From contig JAKLZA010000009.1 in assembly GCA_030704615.1 (NCBI GenBank), forward strand, positions 74,638 to 138,637: DNA of 64,000 nt, in the 5' to 3' direction. The position numbers were made by a program, and so were the translations under genes. Of the stretch, positions 13,045 to 26,615 are shown one piece after another; position 1 is the stretch's first letter; every line of letters begins with the position of its first letter. The stretch comes from Takakia lepidozioides (Eukaryota; Plantae; Bryophyta). The notes under the pieces were generated by a model. The model worked only from the letters and a program-made list of their open reading frames with translations, did no database searches and was not told the DNA's origin.

Positions 13045-13193
13045 CCGCGGAAATAGGTGACACCACTCGGAAATAGGCGACATCCGCGGAAATAGGCACT
13101 GTTTGCATGTTGACGTGGCATGAGCCTGTGCTAGGCTCACGCTTTCCTGGGCTCACAGGCTCACGCCTCCGGGCTCACGGAATAGCACCCCCC
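13045..13193 (-). repeat. Right TIR and subterminal repeats of MULE copy A
   Basis: Three copies of CGGAAATAGG, several GGCTCAC, then GCTCACGGAATAGCACCCCCC. Confidence 0.7.
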
Positions 13194-15099
13194 CCCTTCG
13201 TTACTAATCACGTGTTGTGAGTTTCTTTTCTTTCTTCACCAAGTGAAGAACCACATGTGCAGGAATGGGAACAATGGGATGGCTAATATAGTCTCACTCT
13301 TGTTCAATGCAACTGTTGATCATCATTTGTCTTTTATCACAGAATATATCTGTGTCTGCTCAAGCATATCTCGAGAAAAAATAAATGCTTGTTGTATCAA
13401 GCATTCTGCAGTATACTGATGCTCCCTGCATGGAGCACTGCGACTTCCCGCACGGGGATTCTAACCTTAAACCTTTTGTCATTTTCACCTTACCCCGCTA
13501 CAGCATTCCTCGTAGAGAGAAAAAAGTCAGAAGCAGTGAGGGGGTAAAAGGTGAGTTGTAGAGCAGTGGTTGCTGCTCCCCTCACATGAGTGAAGGGTGT
13601 CCGGCGCAGGAAAACCCGAAAGGGCCTGTGACCTCTGTCAGTAGTTAGGAATGAATTATACATGTTCCAGAGTATGGTCATCTGAGGTGCAGAAATGATC
13701 CAATCGTTTCCAAGGTCAATAATTTCATCATGAGCTCTGCAAAATCCATGAGAGGTCCCTGCGAGCCATGAGGGTAGTTAGGATCTTAGATTCTATTTCA
13801 TGGGTAGGGTCCTCGGGTATCCAATCTTTTATGTTGACATGGGAGCCACTGATTAAGACTCCCAAAAGCATCATGTTTAGGAGCATTTGACCTTTCCAGA
13901 TTCGAGTCGAAGTCGTAGTTCACATTGAGCAATTTACAATGAGCTTTGCAAATCCAGGAGAGGTCCCTGCAAGCCATGTCAAAGTAGTGTAGAACCAAAG
14001 TCCTTCCAAGGCTATTTTAGATTAGAATCATCAATTTGCACCGCGCATATCTCTCTTACATCATCTAGGGGATTCAAATCCAGTCCGGTGGGGGAGAGTG
14101 GCGGTTTTGAAGTATTTTTTATCTTGGAACTCCACCTCTCCCCGAAGAGGGCAAGTTGAGTGGTTTTGAAACATTTATTGGCTTTTGTTTTTATTTTCCC
14201 TCCTCTCTCCCGGAAGACTTGAACTCTCTCCGAAGAGGGAGAGCCTAAGGGAAATTATTCTTCATCTTTTTCATGTCACTCAAGTGAGTCGTTGACTCCA
14301 AGGGATATCACGGATACCCTAGTAGGGGGATTTTACGAACCAAAGATCCTGGATTCTCTTACAGTCGGGACGAGTGTTCCCCATTGGTCGCCATATATGT
14401 AGATGCATATATTGGTACAACTTTCTTTTCACATCGTTTTTTATCATAAGACAAGCGGTTTCGGCATTGTACTCCCAAAAACAGGATAGTTTGTTAATTA
14501 TCTGGAAATTGTTGGTAAAGCACGTAGGAAATTAGACAGTGTCTGCGATGACCATGGAGAGGAGCTTTGGCGTCAAGATGACCGTAGGAAGCTGCATCGG
14601 CAGCAGATTAGGCTGCCAACTTGGTACTAGTAACGACAAGGTAATCATGTTCAAACAATACAGGACGACTGTGCCAGTCCCAAATTGCGATCTCTATGTT
14701 CTCCCGCCTTTCAAGTCTAGTAGGAACACACGGCGAGGAGCTTGGCAATTGGAAGAAACAACATGTACAGCGATGAAATATCGCAACAAAGCGAAAGGCT
14801 GCATCGGAACGATAGCAAGTTAGGACGTCTTCAAATGACGAAGCGGGGACTTGTTAGTGGTGCGGGACAACTGGAGGGGACTCCGGACAACCTATGACTC
14901 AGTGGCAGGGTCAAAGACCCCGGAGCCACCACCAGGGATTTGATTTCCAAAAGACAACAAAATCTTTATGTAGCGAAATTACGACGAATGGCGAAAGGAG
15001 CAATTTTTTACCACCGATGGACCTTAGAATTTATGCACTGATACGGGGTACATAATTATAGTTTTTCACCAAGTTTGGTGATTTATAAAGTAGATTAGC

Positions 15100-16080
15100 A
15101 ATGGCACCAAATTATCGAGTCAACGACACTCACGGGAGCCGATTATTTGAGTTTTTACTCCATGGATGGATGAAAAATCCTAAATTCGTCCTGAGGAGCT
15201 GGATGGATGAAATGACAACTCGCGCCAACTGATCATCCATAAGGATGGATGAAAATCCAGCTTTCATTTGCCTCTAAGACTTTTTCATCCATGTTAAATA
15301 TTGTACTATAGATCCTTCAAGGATACAATAGTTTAATGAATATTTCTAATTATTTTATTAGGCTCAAAAACAGTGTAAAAGAAGATCAAGGCTCTCTTTG
15401 CTCTTCACCTAGTTCCATTGCATAGTTTTTCTCTTGCTTCATGTGTTGTTGCTTTGCTAGAATTGCTTGAGGAGGCCTAGGTCCTAGGGAGTGGAGCTTG
15501 AAGCTCCCTAGTGTAGGAGAATTGTTAGAGGACTAAGGCAAGAAGCCTAGTTCATTGTGGCCTTGAGGCCTTGTTGAATTTGAGCAAGAAGGACGTGCAA
15601 TTCCGTGTGGAGAGGGAGACCTGGAGACAAGTAGGAAAGGCCGGTTGGACCTAGTGACGAGTACCGCACGAGGACCACATAGAGTACCATTCACGAGTCG
15701 TTAGAGCATCACAGGCACCGTGCACATCGGAAGGTTGACACATTTCCTTACCTGTCATTTATACACTTGAAGTGTGATTTCTTTTCCAAGCCATGACTTG
15801 AAGTTTGAAAATAGATTGACAAAATAGCCCTCTTGAAGAGGTGATGTTCACTATGAGTTTGCTATGATTTAAGTTCATATTTGATGTGGGAAAACCCCAG
15901 GACATGATTTGCCAAAAGGCTTTGGCACCATTGGAAGTGGAAAGAAGCATTGGGTACTTGTTTATTTCTATTATTGATGAAGAGGAGTTGATATATAGCT
16001 TTGAGAAGCTCTAACCAGAAGCTAGACTACCTACTGAAAGGCCTAGGAAGGCCCTGATAACCTTCTCTAGTTACCCCACT
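15100..16080. other. Probable LTR-derived non-coding sequence
   Basis: GGATGGATGAAA / TTTCATCC motifs resemble those at 33708-33760 in the gypsy LTR. No boundaries could be identified. Confidence 0.25.
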
Positions 16081-18054
16081 AAGGGACCTTGAATACAAGG
16101 AAGGGGGGGAAGGATTTGTATTTTTTTGGGCCCTGGTTTTTTGGAGTGTAGGAGCTACCCACGGGTTGCCAGCAGTGCGGGAAAGCCCTGACTGGTACGC
16201 CCGGGAGCCAGGGACCGAACAAAGGAAATGCGGGAAGCAGCAGCCGCGACCCCACGCCTCGGCGCTGAGAAGGCGAGGCGCTGACCCTAGTCGTATGTGC
16301 ACAAAAGGACGGCCTGCGTGACCAGCACGTGGGGCGAAAACAACCGTGTGCCAAATATGAGTTATTAACCGCTAGGTAAAGCTCCGGCCTGCGGACCGGC
16401 GGTCGTCGCCTTTATCCGCAGCGGTCCGCGCTATTGTCCGTCCGCGAGGCCCTGCCCCCGCCACGTGGCGGGGGCTTCTTTGACCTGCGGTTACAGCGGA
16501 TGGCATTTGTTTAAGGGGGGTATTCCGGACCCTCAACTATTTCTTTTCCTATTGACCCCTCTAAAAGGGAATGGGGACGAGCCCTAGTCGCGCGCGGCCA
16601 GGGTGACGGCATACTAGCCTAGGGGGTTGTGGCAAGTTGCGGTGTTTGTTGGGCTCAACGAACCGCCTACCCGGCTGTGGTAAGTGCAGGGGTCCGTGGC
16701 AGCTATGGACAGATCTAAACAGTCTAACTTCCTACCGACAAAGCAAAGCTTAACAACTCCACTTTATAGGGCGATTTGCGTTTCCTAGTCCTACGTTTTG
16801 TTTATGGGTTTTCTACGTCTTTAATCGTAATTGCCTTCCAAGTCTTTGTTTATTACTACTTCCTCCATGCCTGGACTCCCAACACGCTTATAGCTGGGAC
16901 GAACCTTCAAATCCCTTCACAAAACAAATCCCGAGCCCAGGGAGACGGGGATCATCTATCTCTTGCCCAATGCCCCCCCTGAATCCCGAGGTGGATTAGT
17001 GTCCTACCTCCTAGGAAGGGACCGAATCCGCTTTCCCAAGTCAGTCTCTCCTGCTTAGAGCGATCCAAAATTCAACCTCAATGGTCAGTCCATCGAGTGA
17101 ATGATAACAATTCAAACCTCTAAGTAATTCCCTTATTTTTTTTCCATTTTTTTTTTGTCCAGTTTTTTGCATGGATGTAGTGGTGCAAAGCCCGATGTCA
17201 CAGAATAAAATAGAGCTAAAAATAAAATAATTACGCCCCTCAAAACTGCAATCATATATTTTCTAAGATCTAATAAAACAATGGCCGTTCCTTGGCCCAA
17301 GGCCCCCCAAGCGGCCGGGTACTTGACTTCAAATATCCTCGGCGGAAGGGGGCGATACCGCCCTTGAAACTTTCGTTTTTAAGTTAAGGGGGTCCCTATA
17401 AAATCCCTTAATAAAGGCAAATTACCCTGCTAAATAATAAAGAACAAATCATTAAAATATTCCTACAAATGCATGAAATTCGTAGAAATAGATTATGATC
17501 GTAGGATGTTGGAACTAACTAAATTACCCTCAAGGTACCAGGGGAACGCCCTTTATGTCGGGAGCATTGAGGAACCGCTCTCCACTTGGGAGCGCCCCTA
17601 GATTCCTATACCAAACCAATCAACAACACATTAGCAACTTAAACCATCACCGAGCCAGGATGAATGAAATCTGCCGCCATCAGTTTCTCATCTGCTCGCC
17701 ACCCTGGTGTGTAAACAATGATTAAACATTCAGTGGGTCCCAGGGTCCATTCCTTGCGCCTCTTCCACCTACTTCCAATATAATTGGATTAATTTATGCA
17801 GGCAACCAGCCTAGAACGAAGTTGAAACATGTCATCTTCTACCTTGTGAAACCCCCACCAGGGATTCTCTCCTCCCTGTCTCTGGGCTCTCTCTCTCTCT
17901 GCTTGTGGCATCCACCTATGAGCCGTGCTTTCACAAAACCCGGAATACATATCAAACTAATGGCCTCATTGGGGCCTATCCAATGGTTCCAACCATTTCT
18001 TATCCTTTGCTAAAACACGCCCTCATTCCCATGCAAGAAGAACACCATGAATAG

Positions 18055-19567
18055 TGCACAAGAAGTTCTGCAGGCACGACATTATGACTTGCGTGTATGG
18101 AAAGCCCAAGTACGGCATACAGACAATGCCAGAGGCTCCCCCGGTGTGGCCGGTGGAACCAGGCTGCGATCTGAGTCAGGTTGAGGCCGACGCCCTTACC
18201 GCCGCAGGATTTCGGATGGTGCAGCGCACTGACGTCCCCAGACAACCATTTCCGCTTCCACAGCCTCCACCACCGACCCCTGTGAGAGCAAGAACAATGG
18301 GACACGACAGCTCTAAGCATCCTACACACCGTTGGGGGAAACCGAAGAGGCGGCGACCTCCCTCAAAAGTGAACGAGACAAGGATGGGGAATGCACTTCG
18401 GATGAACTGTACAATCCAGAGCTCGACAGAAGTGCCCCCACCAGGATTCGGGCGTGTGTATCAGATGGCCACGGCGGGCTCAGCTGTTCGCAATGAGGTG
18501 TACACCATCACCATTTCAGAATTACCCACCTGCAATTGCACCGACTTCCAGATCATGGCGAACAAGGGGGCATCATACTGCCCTTGCAAGCATTTGTACT
18601 ACGTGTACCTAAAGAGACTCCGTTGTAATTCCACAACTCATCACTTCATACATGCACCAGGGTTGAGCCCCCAGGAGGTTCACACTCTTCTGAATATGGA
18701 TCCAGGGGACCAGTGAGCTTGGCTTGCGGTCCACATACAATGGTACGCCCATCCTTTTCGGATAGTAGAACTGTACTGCTGCCAGTACCTCAGACTCTGG
18801 CCACACAAAGGTCCGACATATGTCTTGCCTACCAGTAACATGTTTTGATCGAACTAAGATATTACTATATCGTTCACTTGTTTCCACGTGCATGTATTTT
18901 TGTATGTTGGAGGGTTCATGTTTTTCTGCTTTCCGAAAACTTGCTCTCCTCATTCGACCTCCGACAAGGAAATGCGGCGCCGAATTTCCAAGTATCGTCG
19001 TAGGTACCCCCAGAGGCGGCCTTCGCCAACACCAAACCGCTCCGAAATTTCGCACGTGCGAACCCTAATGCGGCACCCTATTTCCCAGTTCAGTTGCAAA
19101 CCTTTCCCGCCGAATACCCGAAGAAGACAGAATTGTGAAGTACTGCAGACTGTATTGGTGCAGACTCCATTGGTTCAATCGCGGCAAAAGGGTCAGCTTC
19201 ATTCCAATGTTAAGGCATGTAAAACCGCGGAATACTCTATACAGGCCAGTATGCGACGTCCTTTTGCAGTGGTATACTGGATTTCCCGTTGCACGGTCAC
19301 TTATTTCCATGAGCGGATCTATAAAACCATGAGCGGACTTGTTACTGACGACATATCTTCGCCGCATTACATGATCTGGAACGTCCAAAACGGCAAGGTC
19401 AAATAAAAAACTATTATTTTAATACTTGTTTAATCTGCCGCATTTCCAAATTTGGAGGAGTCCGCTCATGAAATCCGCGTATCTTAGACTTCGGCTCACC
19501 GCTCATGTGGCTCATGCGGCTCATGGCTCATGGCTCATGGTTTCTGCTCATGAAATAGTAAACCTCC
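18055..19567 (+). mobile_element. MULE fragment: transposase C-terminus with SWIM finger (18055-18716) and transposase-side TIR
   Basis: FCRHDIMTCVYGKPKYG...CNCTDF...CPCKHLYYVY is homologous to the 51899-52560 region. GGCGCCGAATTTCC occurs at about 18977. The end reads GGAGGTTTACTATTTCATGAGC on the minus strand. Confidence 0.85.
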
Positions 19568-19569
19568 CT

Positions 19570-22122
19570 GGCCCCACCACACCACCTCTCCACCCTCCAT
19601 TCATCCCTCAACCTGCTGCAATCCCAAACCGGAGCCATACACAAAATCTTAGGTGACCATCTGGCCACCATATCCGCTCCCGTCCCCGATCCCACGGACA
19701 CCATCCACAAATTCCCCTTCCTCTCCAAAGAGATACTTGAAGCCACACTCAGGGCCATTACCCCTCTCCCAGGGTTCTCTCTGCCGCCAATAACGGTGCC
19801 ACCCCTTCCTACGCCCACCCCACCAGATGCCACCGACCAGGTGCCCAACAGCTGCACCAACTCCTTTATCACCTCATGGAATGTTGGCTCTCTTGCCACA
19901 AGTATACAAAGTCTTATCCACCTCATCACTATCTCCGCTCCCCACATCATACTCCTACAAGAAACCAAACTCCACACGAACAATACCAATAGCTCCTACA
20001 TAAACAAACTCCTCCCGGACTACTACCTGTTATACAACAACCCACCCACTGCTTCACAATGCCTCCTCCGACGCTCTACTCCCTACAAACCCACCAGGGG
20101 TGGGGTTGCATTCGGCATCGGACGCTCACATCACTCACCTAGCTCCACCACTAAATTTCCTATACCCATTCATCTCCGTTCCCACCTCCAAATTATATAG
20201 CTGCACCCATCGGCACTCCTACCTATCTTCCTCATTCACATGTACATGCCATCCCATGCAGACGACTTATCATTCATCCCTGAGATTCTAACCACCATAT
20301 CCGCTATAATTATTGATACCAACCATCAACAACACCATATCATATTAGCAGGGGATTTCAATAGGGACATTGCACGTCTAAGACATACCTTCAATGGCAT
20401 ACACAAACCCCCCTCCCAAGCTGATCACCATGAATGGGCAAGGTTCACGTCACAACATCTCCTTAAATACATCCCATCGGACCATCATTACTCCAGGCAA
20501 GGAGGCCTCAATTACTCCTCACTAAGCCTCATAGACGGATTCCACATCCGAACTAGCGAGGCCATCCCCTCATATCTTATGAGCCACGTACACAGTGATA
20601 GTTTATGCAATTCAGACCACTAACCTCTCTCCCTCTCCCTCCCCCCCTCGCTTATCCCCTTCCGTCCCATCCCGGAGTTACACTTACCCCCTCCTCAACC
20701 ACATCTCCTCTCGCCTCTACCCCAACGCAATATTGCGGCCTTCAACTCTCACTTCCATCCAACCGCAAATGCCTTAATACAACAATTTTCATGCACTCTA
20801 TCCAAGTTGAACCTCTCCCAAAACCCAAAAACCATCTGGCTTGAGGCCTAACGCTCTCTCACATCCATCTTACAATTAGCCACAACCAGTGTCCTAGCCA
20901 CCAGTACAGCCCCCCCAGAAATTCCCTAAACCACCCGCTCAACACAGAACGGCGGCTACCTCTCACGTACCCAAAAGAGGGAATGGACCTCCCACCTTAA
21001 CACATACCATACCATATGTCGTGCCCTAGCTATTATCCCCAACTCACCCACCTCCTACCCCCTCAACAACTGGATCAACGATCGTCGTATATCGTGCTTA
21101 CACTCCATCCCCACCTGCCAACCACTCCTACCTCCACCTACGAACCCCTTGGCCCTCCCGCAATGGATCGCCACCCTTGCCAAAGTCGGTAGGGATGCCA
21201 AAAAAGCTACATACACTATCACTAAGCAAAAAACCGTTGCCAACCATAAGCAGTTTATTGCTTCATTTGGGAAACTCCTACATGACCACCCCAAACGCGC
21301 TCATAAAGCCATATTGAATCCTGCCCTTAACCCCCCTATTGACTGTCTCAAGCACCGATTAGGACACCTCATAACCAAGCCCGAGGATATAAAGAATGAA
21401 ATCTGGGCACAAGCCTCCGCTTCCTACACCCCTATAGTCAACAACTGCCTGCACCCCAGTAAACACACCACTAACTGCCTATGCGCACTCAAACACTACC
21501 CTTGGCATGATCTTGATGGCTTCTCCCTTGATAAAAGAGGCTCCCCCAAAGACAATATCCTAACCTACTTTACCAAGGCTCTCTATGACTCATGCCTCAT
21601 AAACCTCTCCAAAGCCAAAGCCCCTGGCCCAGATCTCATCCCTAATGCTATACTTCAATCACTTGACCCCCATTTTCACTCCCTAGTATTCAAATTTTTT
21701 CAACTCTGCTATCGCCTCCACCATATCCCCCCGTCATGGAAACACAGTCGCACCATCCTCCTATACTAAAAAAGGAGACCCCACTGATATCGGTAACTAC
21801 CGTCCCATAGCCTTAGCCAACACCATCTACAAACTCTTCACCAGCACGTTAACTGCGATGCTCTCCAGCTATGGAGAACACCACCATATTCTTAGCGACC
21901 CATAGGAAGGCTTCCGCGCCACTCAAAGCACCACTCCCCAAATACAATATGTGTTATCTGCACTTGAAGACGCCAAACTCACTAAACAAGATATCTACCT
22001 CCTATACATTGATTTTAAAAATGCCTTCAGATCCCTCGACCATGCTCGTCTCCTCGCCATTATGACGGATCTAGGATACCCAACCGATGCCATTCAACTC
22101 ATTGGCAACATCTACACAGGCA
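19570..22122 (+). pseudogene. Decayed non-LTR retrotransposon (LINE) ORF2: APE endonuclease plus N-terminal RT
   Basis: Endonuclease motifs SWNVGSL, LLQETKL, LAGDFN, LIDGF, SDH. RT-region motifs KAPGPDLIP, KGDPTDIGNYRPIALAN, YIDFKNAF. Stops and frameshifts present; truncated at about 22122. Confidence 0.9.
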
Positions 22123-22123
22123 A

Positions 22124-23212
22124 ATCCAAGGTGGGAGCGCGTTTCCACGCAAGGCACATGGAACGGTGCTCCTCTCTGAAATCTGGCGCCACGAGCCTGG
22201 TTGTGTACTGCGAAAGGCTCTGCAGAAAATGGAACCCACAAGATCTCTCCTTGCCTTCCATGGGAACATTGGGGTCTTGCCTGTACACCCTTCGGATGGC
22301 AGCCCAATTTGCTTGTGTGTTATCTGCCATGAAACCACGGAAATTGGGAGGGGGCAATCCCGCCTTGGCCATCTGTTCGTTTATTCCCTGCCAAAGAAGC
22401 ATCTCCGATTGTGTGTCCTCTCCTTTCATCTCACAAATAGCAATTGTCATTAGCATCCTGCAGTGGGTGACGTAGACATGTGCACCCATTGTCACCCACT
22501 GGTGATTTGTAATTCGCTTGATATGGTCGAACATGACCCAACTGTTTGACAAGTCCCACTCGTCATCCTGTCGACCAGTTCGACGCCGCTGCCAGGTCCA
22601 CACGTGGACATTTTGAATACGAAACAACGATCTGCCTCAGTCCCTTGTCCTGGAAACCTACTTCCATGAATGTAGTCATATCCACATCGTCGCTTCACCT
22701 CCACAATAGAGTGCATATCCGAGCCACGCCCAATTTTCTGTTTGCATGAGACAATGTGGTTTCGGACATTCGGTGAACATACGTGGGACACCGACTCCAG
22801 CAATGCCTCCATTTCCTTCTCGTCGAGAGGAACTCTATCGGAGCCGTCTTCCGACATAATTCTGGCCAATGCCATCTTATGGGCAGCTTGGAGCTGTATC
22901 TGTTTGGGTTTGGCACCCGGTCTCAACTTAACCTCCTCCTGAACGAGCTGCTCTGCTTCGTGGGCAGCCTCCCGCGAGTTCCCCCTCGCCAATTTGTGAC
23001 AATGGGAACCAACGTGTATGCAAGCTCGGGTGAGGTCAGGGAAACGGTGCAACACATAGAACTGTTTGGCATTACAAACAGACATGCAGTGTGGTGGTTC
23101 TTTGCAATGCGCACACTTAAATGTGGAGTTCGGAACCTTCTCCTGAGCTCAAAATGGTTGATGAGCTGTGCCTGTCCAATCGGTCTCGTTCCTGTGACCT
23201 CTGGATTTAAAG
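22124..23212 (-). pseudogene. Internal MULE transposase fragment (near-identical to 53545-54634)
   Basis: WVMFDHIKRI...FMADN...RSCGFHF, with one frameshift. Cut at TTTAAAG by the TIR at 23213. Confidence 0.9.
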
Positions 23213-23629
23213 GGGGGCTGCTATTTCATGAGCGGCATGAGCATGAGCGGAAAAAAAAAAAAGCATGAGCAGACCATTGTGAGTCCACGGAAATAGGGTT
23301 AGGAGGCACGGAAATAGGGTCATGTGAAGTTGGAATGTGGCACCAGTGGACTTGAAATGCAACATTTTATTGCAAATTTTGTGGCAAGCCACGTCTATAC
23401 AAGTGTGTTCTAACTGTCATAGCCGGAATGGCACTACTCTCCTACACCCTCCGAGGAACTTGCCCCACCTTCTTCCTCATCCCCCTCATCCCCCTCATCC
23501 CCCTCATCCTCCGAGCTTTGTGATGCATCAGTTCCACTATGGCTCTCAAAAATCCCGTCCTCTTGGGGGACTGTCCACCTCACCTCCTGGGAATCTTCTG
23601 CATCTTCTCCCCCATCTTCTCCCCCAAAT

Positions 23630-23784
23630 TTTGCGCGCCGTCCTACCTGGCGGATGGAAATCCGGCGTCGGATTTCCATCCATCCGCTCTTCGAATTACC
23701 TGCATGACTGGAAAAATGGCGCCGAATTTCCGATTTTGGTGCCAGCCATCCAGATCAGACTGAGCCCCAAACTAAAAAAATGAC

Positions 23785-23823
<39 letters not shown>

Positions 23824-26330
23824 CCGGCGCCATTTTTCTAGTTCGGGGCCGAAAATGGCTAAGTCCCAGATCTGACTGGGGCCAGAACTGGAAAAATGGC
23901 GCCGAATTTCCGATTTCGGGTGCTAGTCAGATCTGGGACTTAGCCGTTTTCGGCCTCAAACTGGGAAAATGGCATTTTTTTATTTTTTTATTTTTTTTTT
24001 CGGCGCCATTTTTCCAGTTCGGGGCCGAAAATGGCCAAGTCCCAGATCTGACTGGCACCAAAATCGGAAATTCAGCGCCATTTTTCCAGTCATGCAGGTA
24101 ATTCGAAGAGCGGATAGATGGAAATCCGGCGCCGGATTTCCATCCGCCAGGTAGGTCGGCGCGCAAAATTTCCATCATGCAGGTAATTCGGAGCACGGAT
24201 GGATGGAAATCAGGCGCCGAATTTCCGTCCATCCGCTATTCGAATTACCTCCATGACTGGAAAAATGGCGCCGAATTTCCGATTTTGGTGCCAGTCAGAT
24301 CTGGGACTTAGCCGTTTTCGGCCCCGAATTTTTATTTTTTTTTATTTTTTTTTCGGCGCCATTTTTCTTGTTCGGGGCCGAAAATGGCTAAGTTCCAGAT
24401 CTGACTAGCACCAAAATCGGAAATTCGGCGACATTTTTCCAGTCATGCAGGTTATTCGAAGAGTGGATAGATGGAAATCCGGCGCCGGATTTCCATCCGC
24501 CAGGTAGGTCGACGCGCAAAATTTCCATCATGCAGGTAATTCGGAGCGCGGATGGATGAAAATCCGGCGCCGGATTTCCATCCGCCAGGTAAGTCGGCGC
24601 GCAAAATTTCCATCATACAGGTAATTCGAAGAGCGCGGCGCCGGATTTCCATCCGCCAGGTAGGTCGGCGCGCAAAATTTCCGTCATGCAGGTAATTCGG
24701 AGCGCGGATGGATGGAAATCCGGCGCCGGATTTCCATCCTCCAGGTAAGTCGGCGTTGCAAATTCGGTAGGGCGGCGCGCCAAATTCCCCTCACGCACGT
24801 AATTCCCTCACGCAGGTAATTCCGAAGCGGATGGATGGAAATCCGGCGCCGAATTTCCATCCAGCAGGTAAGTGCAATCTCGGATGGATGGAAATCCGGC
24901 GCCGCATTTCCATCTAGCAGGTAAGTGGAATCCCGGATGGATGGAAATCCGGCGCCGCATTTCCATCCTGCAGGTAATTCGAATCCCCGATGGATGGAAT
25001 TCCGGCGCCGTATTCCCATCCATCCGGGATTCGAATTACCTGCAGGATTGGAATACGGCGCCGGAATTCCATCCATCGGGGATTCGAATTACCTGCAGGA
25101 TGGAAATGCGGCGCCGGATTTCCATCCTGCAGGTAATTCGAAACCCCGATGGATGGAAATCCGGCGCCGAATTTCCATTCACCAGGTATTTCATCGCTCA
25201 GAATTACCTTCCTGCAGGTAATTCTGATCGATGAATTACCTTTCCTGCAGGTAATTCTGATCGATGGATTACCTTCGTGCAGGTAATTCTGAGCGAGGAA
25301 TTACCTTCCTACCTTCATCGATCAGAATTACCTGCAGGAAGGTAATTCTGAACGATGAAATACCTGGTGAATGGAAATTCGGCGCCGAATATCCATATGC
25401 CAGCGATCCGACTTACCTGCTGGATGGAAATTCGGCGCCGGATTTCCATCCGTCCGGGATTCGAATTACCTGCAGGATGGAAATTCGGCGCCGGATTTCC
25501 ATCCGTCCGGGATTCCACTTACCTGCAGGATGGAAATCCGGCGCTGGATTTCCATCCATCGGGGATTCGAATTACCTGCAGGATGGAAATGCGGCGCCGG
25601 ATTTCCATCCATCCGGGATTCCACTTACCTGCTGGATGGAAATTCGGCGCCGAATTTCCATCCGGGGGATGGTCTCTGTCGGAGAGGTGCCGGCCTCTCC
25701 GCCGCTCTGTTGGATATTTGGTGCCGAATTTCCGTCCGGGGGTTGAAATATGACGGCCAGGTGCCGACCTCTCCCCCCTCCCCGACTGCATTGGAACGGC
25801 CCCGGATTGAAATTCGGCGCCGTTTTCCCATCTGGGGAGGTTTTTATGTCGGCCAGTTTTCGGTCTGACCCCCCAACACGACTTCCTTTGGAAGGGCCCG
25901 GATGGAAATTCGGTGCCGAATCTCCATCCAAGGGATGCTCTCTGTCGAACACGTGCCGACCTCTACGCCCGAGGCGACTTCATCCGGGCGTCCCCTGTTC
26001 GATATTCGGTGCCGAATTTCCGTCCGGGGGTTGAAATGTGATGGCCAAATGCCGGCCTCTCTCTCCTCCCCGAGTGCATCCGAACCGCCCCGGATGGAAA
26101 TTCGGCGCCGTTTTTCCATCTGGGGATGTTTTTATGCCGGCCAGTTTTCGGCCTGACCCCCCGACACGACTTCCTTTGGGGGGGCCCGGATGGAAATTCG
26201 GCGCCGAATCTCCATCCAGGGGATGTTCTCTGTCGCACACGCGCCGGCCTTTGCGCCCGAGGCAACTTCATCCGGGCTTCCCCTGTTGGATATTGGGTGC
26301 CGAATTTCCATTTGGGGGTAGTAATGTGAC
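23630..26330. repeat. Complex tandem/inverted array of GGCGCC-centred palindromes
   Basis: Perfect 28-bp GATGGAAATCCGGCGCCGGATTTCCATC at 24117-24144 and 30-bp GGATGGAAATTCGGCGCCGAATTTCCATCC at 25634-25663. Dozens of variants are interleaved with AATTACCTGCAGG modules. Confidence 0.95.
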
Positions 26331-26615
26331 GGCACGGTGCCGGCTTCTTCCCTTCAGCCGTCATCATCAGGACGGCCCCCCACTTTCTGACTGCATACCG
26401 TTGGTAGTTATTGCGCAAAGACCAGGGGCCGCATTCCGGAGACAAGGTTCATTAACACTCTGACTGTGGATTTTTGAGATAGTTGGCTCCCTGGATTTGG
26501 ATCAGGCTTCGTCGCTCGGACAAATCGGCATCGCGTGCATTCCCATCGCTGCATCCCCCTTCTACCAGGGAGCTTCCCCGCACGCCATCCTGGCAGTCTT
26601 GTGTGCACATCTCCC

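Larger units (their letters stand above)
3611..13193. mobile_element. MULE copy A (left-truncated): transposase fragment (-), ParB-MTase cargo gene (+), right TIR
   Basis: Same divergent gene arrangement as copy C. The right end reads GGGGGGTGCTATTCCGTGAGC on the minus strand, preceded by CGGAAATAGG and GGCTCAC subterminal repeats. Confidence 0.75.

Noticed and set aside
13200-18050. Host genes or RNA genes among the short ORFs
   Set aside because: No recognisable domains, exon chains, or tRNA/rRNA structure.
23630-26460. Many ORFs of the MEIRRRISI/WKFGAEFPS type (also at 55660-57510, 60940-61805 and 6518-7726)
   Set aside because: They are translations of tandem palindromic repeats, open in several frames on both strands, so not credible proteins.
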